From the NCBI GenBank assembly GCA_965116475.1, contig OZ220691.1, forward strand, positions 2,176,001 through 2,240,000: a DNA stretch of 64,000 nucleotides. Direction: 5' to 3'. A model generated the notes under the pieces. It ran no database searches. It was not told the DNA's origin and saw only the letters and a list, made by a program, of their open reading frames with translations. This document shows positions 38,669 to 48,521 of the stretch, one piece after another; position 1 is the first letter of the stretch; each line of letters opens with the position of its first letter. Position numbers and translations under genes: made by a program. The stretch comes from Gemmatimonadota bacterium (GTDB lineage Bacteria; Gemmatimonadota; Gemmatimonadetes; Palauibacterales; Palauibacteraceae).

Positions 38669-39823
38669 GTGTTGCGAGGACGAGGCCGGAGGGCGCGCGC
38701 TCCCCGCCTGACCGCGGCCTGCTTCGCGGCGGCGCTGGTGGCGTGCGACAACCCGGCCACGCCAGTGGATCCCGAGGGCATCGGCACCGGGCCCGACCCG
38801 GTGCCCGCGCCCGTCGATCTGTCGCGCGCGTGGGCCGCGTCGACGCCCGAAGCGCAGGAATTCGATCCGGAGTCGCTGGGAAGCGCGTTCGCGGGCGCGC
38901 CAAGCGCCGTGCCGAATATCCGGGCGCTCGTGGCCGTCCGGAACGGGCGGCTCGTCGAGGAGGCGTACTTCGGGGGCATGCGCCGGGATTCGGCCTTCGA
39001 CATGCGGTCCGTCACGAAGACGGTCACCGCGCTGCTCGTCGGCCTCGCCTCGGACCGCGGGCTCGTCGATCCGGACGATCCGATGACGGATTGGCTGCCG
39101 CACCCGGCGCGGAGGTCCGAGCATGGCGGCATCCGCGTGCGCGACCTCCTCACGATGACGAGCGGCATGCAGTGGTCCGACGAGGAGGACTTCGGCCCGT
39201 GGGTACGTTCCGGCCGGCCCGTCGGCTACGTCCTCGACCTGCCCATCGTCGCCCCTCCGGGCCGGCGGTTCATCTACAACACCGGCGGATCGCACCTGCT
39301 GACGGTCATCGTCGAGAACGCGGTCGACGGGAGCGCGCTGGCGTTCGCCGAGCGGGAGTTGCTGGGCCCGCTCGGCATCGACAACAAGCGCTGGCCGGTC
39401 ATGCAGGACAGCGTGATCGTGGGCGGCGCCGCGCTGGCGCTCCGTGCGCGAGACGCCGCGAAGCTCGGTCAGCTCCTCCTGCAGGGCGGCCGGTCCGGCG
39501 CCCGGCAGATCGTCTCCCGGGCCTGGGTGGAGGCACAGATCGGCCGGCTCGTCGAGGTGGGCGACACCGGCTACGTCCTGCGGGACGCGGGGTACGGCTA
39601 TCAGACGTGGCGCGACCGCCGGGGGGGCGGCGGTGACGTGTCCGCCTTCGTGATGTGGGGCTACGGGGGCCAGTTCGTGTGGGTGGTGCCGGACCGGCAA
39701 CTCGTCGTCGTGGCCCAGACCCACTGGCGCGGCACCGGCGACCACGATGGGAGACAGGCCGACGCGGTGGCCGATCTCATCGTGCGCCGCGTGGTCGAGG
39801 CCGCGCGCCCCATCCGCCGCTAG
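38669..39823 (+). CDS. serine hydrolase (class C beta-lactamase/NylB-like) lipoprotein
   Basis: LVA|C lipobox; SVTK, LLTMTSG, YNT, ARDAAKLG, WGYGGQ. Confidence 0.9.
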   Translation: MLRGRGRRARAPRLTAACFAAALVACDNPATPVDPEGIGTGPDPVPAPVDLSRAWAASTPEAQEFDPESLGSAFAGAPSAVPNIRALVAVRNGRLVEEAYFGGMRRDSAFDMRSVTKTVTALLVGLASDRGLVDPDDPMTDWLPHPARRSEHGGIRVRDLLTMTSGMQWSDEEDFGPWVRSGRPVGYVLDLPIVAPPGRRFIYNTGGSHLLTVIVENAVDGSALAFAERELLGPLGIDNKRWPVMQDSVIVGGAALALRARDAAKLGQLLLQGGRSGARQIVSRAWVEAQIGRLVEVGDTGYVLRDAGYGYQTWRDRRGGGGDVSAFVMWGYGGQFVWVVPDRQLVVVAQTHWRGTGDHDGRQADAVADLIVRRVVEAARPIRR

Positions 39824-39927
39824 CGCCGCACTCGCCCCAAGCCGCTGGCGCCGCAGCGTCCCGCGACGGAACGTGAGGGCCTATGTTCCACGGGTTCTCT
39901 CGACCTCGTTCCGGAGAAAACGACCTG

Positions 39928-41832
39928 ATGCGCATCGTTGTCGCCGCTTTTCCCGCCGCACTTGCCGGCAGTGCCCTGATCGCCGGAGCCGGGCAGGCCG
40001 TCGCCCAGGAGCGGGCGCGGGGGCTGCTTGATCCGCCCCCCATGGACGACAGCCCCGGGATGCGCGTGTATGCCGCCTCGTGCGCGGAGTGTCATTCCGG
40101 CCAGCGCACGGTGCGCGCCCCCGGCCTCACCACGCTTGGCGCGATGACGCCCCGGGCGGTCCTCAGTTCGCTGGAGGGAGGCCGCATGCGCCGGCACGGC
40201 GAGGATCTCACGGCGGACGAGCGCCGCGCCGTGGCCGAGTGGCTCACCGGCCAGCCCCTGGTCGAAACCCGTCTCCCATCCTCCGCCTTCTGCGCGAGCG
40301 CGCCGAGCGAGGAAGGCGTCGTGCACTGGTCCGGCTGGGGCGGCGGCGGCGGCGAGACGGGCTTCGCGGATGCGGCCCGCGCGGGACTCACGGCCGCCGA
40401 CCTGCCGAATCTCGAACTCGCCTGGGCCTTCGGTTTCCCGGACGTGAGCCAGGTGCGCTCGAAGCCGGCCGTGATCGACGACCGGATCATCGTGGGCTCG
40501 GCGTACGGCGAGGTGTATTCCATCGACCTGGAGAGCGGCTGCGTTCACTGGGTGTTCGCGGGCGATGCCGCCGTGCGCGGCGCGATCGCGATCGGCGACG
40601 GTCCCGATGGCGGACAGTCCGCCTTCTTTGCGGATTACCGGACGAACGTGTACGCGATCGACGCGACGACCGGCGCCCTCCACTGGCGCGCCATGGCCGG
40701 GACCCACGCGGATCACGTCGTCACGGGGAGCGTCGCCGTCCACGAGGACCGCGTCTTCGTCCCGCTCTCTTCGATGGAGATCATCAGCGCCGGCGACCCG
40801 ACCTACGAGTGCTGCACGTCCAGCGGAGTCGTCGCCGCCTTCTCGGCGGAGACGGGCGAACCGCTGTGGGAGTTCCGGACCGTGGCCGAGGAACCGCGGC
40901 ACACGGGCGAGAACGAGGTCGGCACGCGCCTGTTCGCGCCCTCCGGGGCGCCGGTGTGGTCCAGCCCGACGGTCGACGCCGATCGCGGCCTTCTCTACAT
41001 CGGCACCGGCGAGAACTACACGCGGCCGACGACGGGCGGGAGCGACGCGATCACCGCGCTCGACCTGGAGACGGGCGAGGCCCGCTGGACCTTCCAGGGG
41101 CGGGAAGACGACGCCTGGAACATGTCCTGCCTCTCGTCCCGCTTCCAGAACTGCCCCGCGCCGACGGGGCCGGATCACGACTTCGGCATGGCCCCGATCA
41201 TCGTCACCGCCGAAGACGGATCGCAGCTCCTGATCGCCGGGCAGAAGTCCGGCATGGTGTGGGCGCTGGACCCCGATTCGGAAGGCGAACTCGTGTGGGC
41301 GCGGCGGGTCGGGAAGGGAAGCTCGCTCGGCGGCATCCACTGGGGCCTCACGTCCGACGGACGCCGGGCCTACGTGCCGAACGTCGACAACCCGTTCGCC
41401 ATCATCTCGGACCCGCGGTCGGGGGGCTCCACGCAGATGAATGCCGAGGACCCGCCCACTCCCGGCGTCTACGCCCTGGAGCTCGCCGGCGGCGAAGTCC
41501 TGTGGCACGCTCCCCCCGATCCGTCCGTGTGCCAGGGCCGGGCCGGCTGCATGCCCTTCTTCTCTGCGGCCCCGACCGCGATCGAGGGGGCGGTGCTGGC
41601 CGGGAGCCTGGACGGCCACCTGCGCGCCTTCTCCACGGAGGACGGCTCGCTGCTGTGGGATGTCGACACGGCGCGCGAGTTCGAGACCGTCAACGGCGTG
41701 CCGGGCCGGGGCGGCGCCCTCGACGGACCCGGACCTGTCGTCGCGCGCGGCTACATCCTCGTCAACTCGGGATACGACCTGTTCAGCCAGATGCCCGGCA
41801 ATCTTCTGCTCGCCTATCGAGTACGACGCTAA
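39928..41832 (+). CDS. quinohaemoprotein PQQ dehydrogenase with N-terminal cytochrome c (polyvinyl-alcohol-dehydrogenase-like)
   Basis: CAECH; LELAWAFGFP; YECCTSSG; GAPVWSSPTVD, GTGENY, GPDHDFG, GQKSG, GGIHWG, NSGY; alternative start 39883. Confidence 0.88.
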   Translation: MRIVVAAFPAALAGSALIAGAGQAVAQERARGLLDPPPMDDSPGMRVYAASCAECHSGQRTVRAPGLTTLGAMTPRAVLSSLEGGRMRRHGEDLTADERRAVAEWLTGQPLVETRLPSSAFCASAPSEEGVVHWSGWGGGGGETGFADAARAGLTAADLPNLELAWAFGFPDVSQVRSKPAVIDDRIIVGSAYGEVYSIDLESGCVHWVFAGDAAVRGAIAIGDGPDGGQSAFFADYRTNVYAIDATTGALHWRAMAGTHADHVVTGSVAVHEDRVFVPLSSMEIISAGDPTYECCTSSGVVAAFSAETGEPLWEFRTVAEEPRHTGENEVGTRLFAPSGAPVWSSPTVDADRGLLYIGTGENYTRPTTGGSDAITALDLETGEARWTFQGREDDAWNMSCLSSRFQNCPAPTGPDHDFGMAPIIVTAEDGSQLLIAGQKSGMVWALDPDSEGELVWARRVGKGSSLGGIHWGLTSDGRRAYVPNVDNPFAIISDPRSGGSTQMNAEDPPTPGVYALELAGGEVLWHAPPDPSVCQGRAGCMPFFSAAPTAIEGAVLAGSLDGHLRAFSTEDGSLLWDVDTAREFETVNGVPGRGGALDGPGPVVARGYILVNSGYDLFSQMPGNLLLAYRVRR

Positions 41833-41851
41833 GCCCGTTTCGGAGGCCGCC

Positions 41852-43975
41852 ATGCGCGTTCGCAACGCTCGACCGATCCTCTCCATCCCCCTCACCGTGC
41901 TCCTCGCGGCGCCTGGACTCGTGGCGCAGGAGGGGCGGCCGCTCGAACTGGCGGACTACTACCGGCTGAAGAACGCGGGGAGCCCGGCCCTCTCGCCCGA
42001 TGGGTCGCGCGTCGCCTACGTCGTGACGTCGGTCCTCGAGGAGGAGAACCGGCGCCACAGCGAGATCCGGCTCGTGGACGCGGACGGTTCCGGGGAGGCC
42101 ACGCGGGTGACGAGCCCGAGCTTCAGCGCTTCCTCGCCCCGCTGGAGCCCGGACGGCCGCTATCTCGTCTTCACGTCGAACCGGCCGGAGCCGGGCGGGT
42201 CGGGCGCCGGGAGCACGTGGTTCCTCCGCATGGACCGGCCGGCCGGCGAGGCGTTCCGGCTCGAGGGGCTGCGAGGCTCTCCCGTCTTCAGCCCGGACGG
42301 CCGCTGGATCGCGTTCACGCGGCCGACGCCGCCTCCGCCTCCGCCGGAGCCCGTCTGGGAGTCCGACTTCGAGCGCCGCACCGTGGAGAGGTTCGACGGC
42401 CGCGAGTACGACTGGATGAACTACCGCTTCGACCGGCGGGGCTACCTCCCCGACCCGCGCGACCCGAACGCGACGCCTCCCCGCGAAGTGTACCTGCTGC
42501 CGGCCGAGGGAGGAGAAGCGCGGCAGCTCACGGAACTCGGCTTCGACGCCTCCGGGCTCGCCTGGAGTCCCGATGGCCGGCGGCTCGCGTTCACCGCGGA
42601 CGCGCACCAGCGCGATGAACACTCGTACGAGCGGTCGGATCTCTGGGTCGTCGACCTCGACGGCGAGGTGAGCCGGCTCACCGACGACGGATACAACTAC
42701 TCCTCCCCGGCCTGGTCCGCCGACGGAGCGCGACTCGTCGTTCGGGGCAACGAGGGCCTGGACATCATCATCCGCGAGGCCCGCGACCGCGGGGCGCCCA
42801 ACGACCTCTTCGTGTTCGACGCGGCGAACGGGACGCGGCTCCGCAACCTCACCGCGGATTGGGACCTCATCCCCGGCGGTCCCACCGTGAGCGCGGACGG
42901 CGGGCACGTCTACTTCTCGGCGGGCATTCGCGGCAACACGCATCTCTTCCGCGTCGCCGAGGGAGGGGGAGCGGTCGAGCAGGTGACGACGGGGGACCGC
43001 CGGCTCGGGAACTTCTCCTTCTCGGGGGATTTCTCCCGCGTCGCCTTCCGGGCCACCGCGCCGACGGAACCGGGCGATGTCTGGATCGCGGATGTGGGCG
43101 CCGACGCGGACGCCGGGATGGACAGCGAGGTGCGGCTGAGCGAGGTGAATCGCGACCTGCTCGCCGGGATCGCGCTGTCCAGCCCGGAGCGCCTCTCGTT
43201 CCGGAGTCCCGACGGGACCGCGGTCGAAGGCTGGATGCTCCCGGCACGAGGCTACGCCGCCGGGCAGGGCGGATTCCCGCTGGTCCTGCAGATGCACGGC
43301 GGACCGCACGGGGCCTACGGCAACACCTTCTCGTTCGACCAGCAGCTCCTGGCGGCGCAGGGCTACATGGTGCTGTTCACGAACCCGCGCGCCTCGACGG
43401 GATACGGCGAGGACTTCCGCTGGGGGACGTGGGGCGGCTGGGGCTTCAACGACTACGACGACGTGATGGCGGGCGTCGACCACGCGCTCGAACGCTACGA
43501 GATCGACACCGCGCGCATGGGCGTCACCGGCTACTCCTACGGGGGGTTCCTCACGAACTGGGTCATAACGCAGACCGACCGTTTCGCCGCCGCCGTCGCC
43601 GGGGCTTCGATCTCCAACTGGGTCAGCGACTACGCCGTGGCGGATATTCCCCGCACGAAGGAAAGCGAATTCTTCGGGCCGCCGTGGGAGGAGCGCGGGC
43701 TCGAGCACCTGATGCGCTCCTCGCCCATCATCCACGCGAAGGGCGTGTCGACGCCGACCCTCTTCGTCCACGGAGAATCGGACCACCGGGTGCCGATCGA
43801 GGAGGCCGAGCAGATGTACGTGGCGCTCCGGAAGCAGCAGGTGCCGGCGAAGTTCGTGCGCTATCCCGACTCCTACCACGGGGGATGGACGCCGTGGCGC
43901 ATGGTGCACCGGATGTGGGTCCAACTCGAATGGTGGGAGCAGTGGCTCCGTCCCGCCGCGACGTCCGACCAATGA
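41852..43975 (+). CDS. S9 family peptidase (acylaminoacyl/dipeptidyl peptidase) with PD40 propeller
   Basis: SPDG repeats, HGGPH, GYSYGG, HGESDHRVP, YPDSYH. Confidence 0.94.
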   Translation: MRVRNARPILSIPLTVLLAAPGLVAQEGRPLELADYYRLKNAGSPALSPDGSRVAYVVTSVLEEENRRHSEIRLVDADGSGEATRVTSPSFSASSPRWSPDGRYLVFTSNRPEPGGSGAGSTWFLRMDRPAGEAFRLEGLRGSPVFSPDGRWIAFTRPTPPPPPPEPVWESDFERRTVERFDGREYDWMNYRFDRRGYLPDPRDPNATPPREVYLLPAEGGEARQLTELGFDASGLAWSPDGRRLAFTADAHQRDEHSYERSDLWVVDLDGEVSRLTDDGYNYSSPAWSADGARLVVRGNEGLDIIIREARDRGAPNDLFVFDAANGTRLRNLTADWDLIPGGPTVSADGGHVYFSAGIRGNTHLFRVAEGGGAVEQVTTGDRRLGNFSFSGDFSRVAFRATAPTEPGDVWIADVGADADAGMDSEVRLSEVNRDLLAGIALSSPERLSFRSPDGTAVEGWMLPARGYAAGQGGFPLVLQMHGGPHGAYGNTFSFDQQLLAAQGYMVLFTNPRASTGYGEDFRWGTWGGWGFNDYDDVMAGVDHALERYEIDTARMGVTGYSYGGFLTNWVITQTDRFAAAVAGASISNWVSDYAVADIPRTKESEFFGPPWEERGLEHLMRSSPIIHAKGVSTPTLFVHGESDHRVPIEEAEQMYVALRKQQVPAKFVRYPDSYHGGWTPWRMVHRMWVQLEWWEQWLRPAATSDQ

Positions 43976-45759
43976 GCCGATCAATGAGCCGATCCGTGCG
44001 TGGCCGCCCGCGTGCCTGCCTGGCTCTTCTCCTCGTCCTGGCGGCGTGCGAGGCGCAGCCGGATCTGTCGCCGGAGCGCTGGGCCGCCGACTACGAGCGG
44101 TTCATGGAGGCGCAACTCGTGGACCGGACGGAAGCCGGCGTCGCCACGGGCGAAAACGGCGCGGTCACCGTCGCGTACAACGGGCTCGCGGCGCGCGCCG
44201 GACTGGAGGCGCTGCAGCAGGGCGGGAACGCGATCGACGCGGCGATGACGACCGCGCTCATGCAGGTCGCGCTCACCGCCGGCGCGCCGATCAGCTACTT
44301 CGGCATCCTGTCGCTCGTCTACTACGACGCGGGCACGGACCGGGTCCATACGATGAACGCCGAGTGGAACACGGTGCTGGGAGAGGACGATCCGGCGAAC
44401 ATCCCCGGCGGGGTCGATCTCTCGTCTCCCGACGGCATCTACGGCACCGACGTGAGCGGGCGCACGGCGCTCGTGGGCGGGTTCATGAAGGGCGTCGGGG
44501 CCGCGCACGAACGGTTTGGACGGCTGCCGTGGGCGGAGATCTTCAAGCCCTCGATCCATGTCGCCGAGCGGGGCTTTCCCATCTCGAAGAAGGTGCAGGG
44601 CTACTGGGAGGGGCGGGCCGCGGACCTCGCCCGCCTTCCGGAGACGAAGGCGACCTTCCTGAAGGAGGACGGCTCTCCCTACGTCGAGGGGGACGTGCTG
44701 CGCCAGCCCGCGCTGGCGGCGACGCTGCGCGCGGTGGCGGAGCAGGGGACCGGCTACATGTACGGCGGCCCGTGGGCCGAGAAGGCGGCGGCCGCGATCC
44801 AGGCGGACGGGGGCCGGATGACGGTCGAGGACCTCGCGGCCTACGACGTCATCTGGGACGAGCCGCTCGTGGCGGGCCTCGGGGACGGCTGGGAGCTGTA
44901 CACGAACCCTCCGCCGAACAGTGGCGGGGTGGCGATGATCGAGGCGCAGCGGCTCGCGGCGGCTTCCGGGCTGCTGGCGGAGGGCCACTGGACGGAATCG
45001 CCGCAGGCCCTGCGGACCGCGCTCGACGTGACCCGCGCCTCGCTGCTCGACTTCCTGCCGCCCGAACTGGCCGCGTCGCTCGTCGGCGGCGAGTTCACGC
45101 CGGCCGCGCGCGTCACGCCGGACCACGCCGACCGGCTCTGGAATGTCATCCAGGCCGGCCTGCCCTTCGGCAACTGGGCGCCTCGCGGCCCCGGCCACTC
45201 CGACGACGTCGTGGCCATCGACGGCGAGGGCAACATCGCCGCGATCACGCACAGCATCAACGCGGTTCTGTGGGGCAAGACCGCCATCGTCGTGGACGGG
45301 ATCACGATCGGCGATCCGGCGTCCTTCCAGCAGGCGCAGATCGCCCGCCTCGAGCCGGGATCGCGGCTCCCGGCGCCCACGCAGACCGGGATCCTGTTCC
45401 GCGACGGGCGGCCCGTGCTCGGCTTCGCGTCGATGGGGTCCGGCCTCCACCACCGGACCTTCCAGGGGCTGCTGAACGTGATGCGGTTCGGCATGACCGT
45501 GGACGAGGCGATCGATACGCCCGACTTCTTCATGCCGAACTCGGATCCGGCGACCGGCGCCCTCACGTTCCGCGTTCCGGGCGGGAAGTTCCCCCGGGAA
45601 GTCCTCGACGGGACGGGATACGCGTACGAGGAGATCTACCCGATGGAAGCCCGCTTCGGCGGCGAAGGGTTGTGGGTCGCGATCCAGCGCGATCCGGAGA
45701 CGGGCGAACTGCGGGCGGCGTCCCACAACCGTAACAACAGCGCCGCGGTGGCGTGGTGA
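43972..45759 (+). CDS. gamma-glutamyltransferase-like Ntn hydrolase lipoprotein (Ser at nucleophile position)
   Basis: LAA|C; GGNAIDAA, AHERFGRLPW, LRQPALAATL, EDLAAY, HSDDVVAIDGEGN. Confidence 0.88.
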   Translation: MSRSMSRSVRGRPRACLALLLVLAACEAQPDLSPERWAADYERFMEAQLVDRTEAGVATGENGAVTVAYNGLAARAGLEALQQGGNAIDAAMTTALMQVALTAGAPISYFGILSLVYYDAGTDRVHTMNAEWNTVLGEDDPANIPGGVDLSSPDGIYGTDVSGRTALVGGFMKGVGAAHERFGRLPWAEIFKPSIHVAERGFPISKKVQGYWEGRAADLARLPETKATFLKEDGSPYVEGDVLRQPALAATLRAVAEQGTGYMYGGPWAEKAAAAIQADGGRMTVEDLAAYDVIWDEPLVAGLGDGWELYTNPPPNSGGVAMIEAQRLAAASGLLAEGHWTESPQALRTALDVTRASLLDFLPPELAASLVGGEFTPAARVTPDHADRLWNVIQAGLPFGNWAPRGPGHSDDVVAIDGEGNIAAITHSINAVLWGKTAIVVDGITIGDPASFQQAQIARLEPGSRLPAPTQTGILFRDGRPVLGFASMGSGLHHRTFQGLLNVMRFGMTVDEAIDTPDFFMPNSDPATGALTFRVPGGKFPREVLDGTGYAYEEIYPMEARFGGEGLWVAIQRDPETGELRAASHNRNNSAAVAW

Positions 45760-46970
45760 GGCCGCGCGCGCGGACTCCCGCGGTGGGTGTACTGGCGGCG
45801 GCGCTCCTCGCCGCCTGCGCGACGGGGCGCGGTCCGCCGGCGACCCCATCGGCTCCGATGGCGCCCCCCAACGCATCTCCACCCGCGTCCGCCGCGGCGA
45901 CGCCGTCCGCCGCCCAGGCGTCTTCGGCCGAAACCGGCGCTCCGGTGCCGGCGACGACCGCCGGCCCGCCGTCCGGAACGGCGCGCTTCAACGACTCCCA
46001 CTTCCACCTTCTGAACTACATCCAGCGGGGTCCGACGGCGCGCGAGTTCCTGGACATGACCGCCGGGCGGGTGGGTCGCGTGGCCATGTTCGGGATCCCG
46101 CTGCAGCAGAAGTGGGACTACTTCCTGTCGGGCGACCACGCGCCCGACTACTACCTGAGCACGAACGCCGACCTGTACTACTACTCGTTCGTGGACGCCG
46201 TGATCGCGCAGGAATACCTGTCGCTGCCCGAGGAGGATCGCCGCCGCGTCGACCCCATGATCACCGGCTTCAACCCGACGGACATGTACGCCTCCGACCA
46301 CATCGAGCGCGTCCTGCTCACCTTCCCCGGCGTGTTCGCCGGCATCGGCGAGTTCACCATCCACAAGGAGTTCGTGTCGTCCAAGGTCTCCGGGCACGCG
46401 GCGAGCCTGCGCAATCCCGCCCTCGACCGGATCCTGGCCACGGCGGCGGAGATCGGCCTCGTCGTCATCTTCCACAACGACATCGACCACGTCCGATCGA
46501 GCGACCCGCCGCATCACACGGAGGAGGTGCTGGACCTGTTCGCCCGCCACGCGGAGACGACGATCATCTGGGCCCACACCGGCCTGGGCCGCTTCGTCGG
46601 GCCTTCGGAAGGGCACGTCGCGTGGCTCGAGGGCTGGCTGTCCGACCCGCGCTACGACCACGTGGCGCTCGACATCTCGTGGGATGAAGTGGCGAAGTAC
46701 GTCGTGGACGACGACGCGAGCGCCGATGCGTGGGCGACCATGATCGGCCGGCACCCGACGCGGTTCCTGTTCGGCACCGACGCCGTGGCCCCCGCCGACT
46801 GGGAGAGCTACGTCGCCAACTACACGGTCTACGATCCGCTGTGGGAACGGCTCGATCCCGCGGTCCGCGCCCAGGTCGAACGGCTCAACTACGAACGCAT
46901 CTTCGACGCCGCCATCCCCCGCGTCCGCGCCTGGGAAGCGCGCCAACGGCTTGGCCGTACCGGAGGCTGA
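45753..46970 (+). CDS. amidohydrolase-family (TIM-barrel) lipoprotein
   Basis: LAA|C; Pro/Ala linker; DSHFH, GIGEFTIHKE, FHND, WAHTGLGR, DISWDE, FLFGTD. Confidence 0.85.
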   Translation: MVRPRARTPAVGVLAAALLAACATGRGPPATPSAPMAPPNASPPASAAATPSAAQASSAETGAPVPATTAGPPSGTARFNDSHFHLLNYIQRGPTAREFLDMTAGRVGRVAMFGIPLQQKWDYFLSGDHAPDYYLSTNADLYYYSFVDAVIAQEYLSLPEEDRRRVDPMITGFNPTDMYASDHIERVLLTFPGVFAGIGEFTIHKEFVSSKVSGHAASLRNPALDRILATAAEIGLVVIFHNDIDHVRSSDPPHHTEEVLDLFARHAETTIIWAHTGLGRFVGPSEGHVAWLEGWLSDPRYDHVALDISWDEVAKYVVDDDASADAWATMIGRHPTRFLFGTDAVAPADWESYVANYTVYDPLWERLDPAVRAQVERLNYERIFDAAIPRVRAWEARQRLGRTGG

Positions 46971-47012
46971 GCCCCAGATTCGATCCTCGTGCTCGGGCCC
47001 TGAATCAGGGGC
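46971..47012 (+). terminator. possible terminator-like hairpin
   Basis: GCCCCAGATTC ... GAATCAGGGGC (10/11 pairing) right after the stop; no U-tract. Confidence 0.35.
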
Positions 47013-47072
47013 TACGCTACACCCACCGCCTTGACGGGCGGCGTTCCGCACGTTTCATTTCGGCATCGATAA

Positions 47073-47097
47073 TTCCGATTTGCGACGCAAAATGGAA
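47073..47097. promoter_or_regulatory. imperfect palindrome overlapping the start of the second AAA_14/DUF4143 gene
   Basis: TTCCGATTTGCG-A-CGCAAAATGGAA (10/12 arms); GATAAT at 47068-47073. Confidence 0.6.
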
Positions 47098-48249
47098 CTT
47101 GTACGTCGATTTTTCGAGATTCCGGGGCAGAGCTTCTTCCTGTTCGGTCCGCGCGGCACCGGCAAGTCCACGTGGCTGCGGGAACAGTTGCCGGACGCGC
47201 TGTACCTGGATCTCCTCGAACCCGCTCTGCACCGCCGGTTGAGCGCCCGTCCCGAGCGTCTTCGGGAAGCTCTCGCGGGCTCCCCCCGCAGCGCGAACGT
47301 CGTCATCGACGAAATCCAGCGCACGCCGGAATTGCTGACCGTGGTGCATGCCATCCTTGAGGAACCGTCGCCGCCGCGCTTCGCTCTTACCGGATCGAGC
47401 GCCCGCAAGCTCCGCAGGGGAGGCGTCGACTTGCTGGGTGGCCGCGCACTGAACCGGACGCTGCATCCCTTCATGGCGTCGGAACTGCCCGATTTCAGTC
47501 TGGAACGGGCGCTGACCCTCGGGCTCCTGCCCCTCGTGCTCGATGCGGGTGACCCCGAGGGTGTCCTTGACGCGTACGCGAGCCTCTATCTCGAGCAGGA
47601 AGTCACGGCAGAGGGCCTGACGCGGAACGTCGGGCAGTTCGCGCGGTTTCTGGAAGCCGTCAGCTTCTCGCACGCCTCGCAACTCAACGCTGCGGCTGTC
47701 GCCCGCGAATGCGAAGTCCCGCGCCGGGTCGTCTCCTCCTACATCGGTATCCTCGAGGACCTGCTCCTCTCGTTCCGTCTTCCCGTGTTTCGGAAGCGCG
47801 CCAAACGCGCGACTGTGACGCGGGAGAAATTCTACCTGTTCGACGCGGGCGTCTTCAGATCGCTGCGACCCCGGGGACCCCTCGACCGGCCCGAGGAGAT
47901 CGACGGGCAGACGCTGGAGGGTCTCGTCGCTCAACATCTGCGTGCGTGGTCGGCGTACTCCGGATTCGACGCCCGCATCATGTTCTGGCGGACGCGAGGC
48001 GGGTCCGAGGTAGATTTCGTTGTCTACGGAGACAGTGGATTGCATGCGTTCGAAGTGAAGAACACGGGCCGGGTCGACTCGGCGGATCTGCGGGCGCTGA
48101 GGACCTTCCGGCAGGACTACCCGGAGGCGGAGGCGGCCGTCCTCTACCGGGGTCGGGAGCGTCTGAAGATGGGGGACATCTGGTGTCTCCCGGTCGACGA
48201 CTTCCTTCGCCAACTCGTGCCCGATCGGGCGCCGCTGGCGTGGCTGTGA
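47092..48249 (+). CDS. AAA_14 ATPase + wHTH + DUF4143/PD-(D/E)XK nuclease-like protein (second, divergent copy)
   Basis: GPRGTGKST, IDEIQR, LTGSSARKL, KFYLFDAGV, EVDFVV...FEVK; alternative TTG start 47080. Confidence 0.92.
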   Translation: MELVRRFFEIPGQSFFLFGPRGTGKSTWLREQLPDALYLDLLEPALHRRLSARPERLREALAGSPRSANVVIDEIQRTPELLTVVHAILEEPSPPRFALTGSSARKLRRGGVDLLGGRALNRTLHPFMASELPDFSLERALTLGLLPLVLDAGDPEGVLDAYASLYLEQEVTAEGLTRNVGQFARFLEAVSFSHASQLNAAAVARECEVPRRVVSSYIGILEDLLLSFRLPVFRKRAKRATVTREKFYLFDAGVFRSLRPRGPLDRPEEIDGQTLEGLVAQHLRAWSAYSGFDARIMFWRTRGGSEVDFVVYGDSGLHAFEVKNTGRVDSADLRALRTFRQDYPEAEAAVLYRGRERLKMGDIWCLPVDDFLRQLVPDRAPLAWL

Positions 48250-48521
48250 AGAGAGGGGGCCGCTGGCGGCGTCGGCTTCGGGCGGCGCGCGACATTTACG
48301 AGGGGCTGTACATCGCCCCGTATCGCGCGACGATCCACCGCGAGTACCTGCGGCAGCACGACGCGTTCATGCTGATGGGTTTCTCCGACCTGCTCGGCGT
48401 GCCCAACCCCGTCCAGTTCTACATGCTCGAGCTGTATCCGTCGCTTATCGAGGAGTTTCACGAGTGGCATGTGCGGGTCGGGATGGAGCGCGGGCCGGAG
48501 GGCGGCTTCCGCTGTTGCTGA
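48246..48521 (+). CDS. small CstA-associated protein ending in Cys-Cys-stop (cory-CC-star-like)
   Basis: 91 aa from GTG; DAFMLMGFSDLLGVPNPVQFYMLELYP...FHEWHVRVGMER...FRCC*. Confidence 0.82.
   Translation: MKRGGRWRRRLRAARDIYEGLYIAPYRATIHREYLRQHDAFMLMGFSDLLGVPNPVQFYMLELYPSLIEEFHEWHVRVGMERGPEGGFRCC

Noticed and set aside
48519..48521. Selenocysteine read-through at the CC-TGA end
   Set aside because: Both Cys codons are canonical, the TGA fits the family's CC-stop end, and no SECIS could be supported by eye
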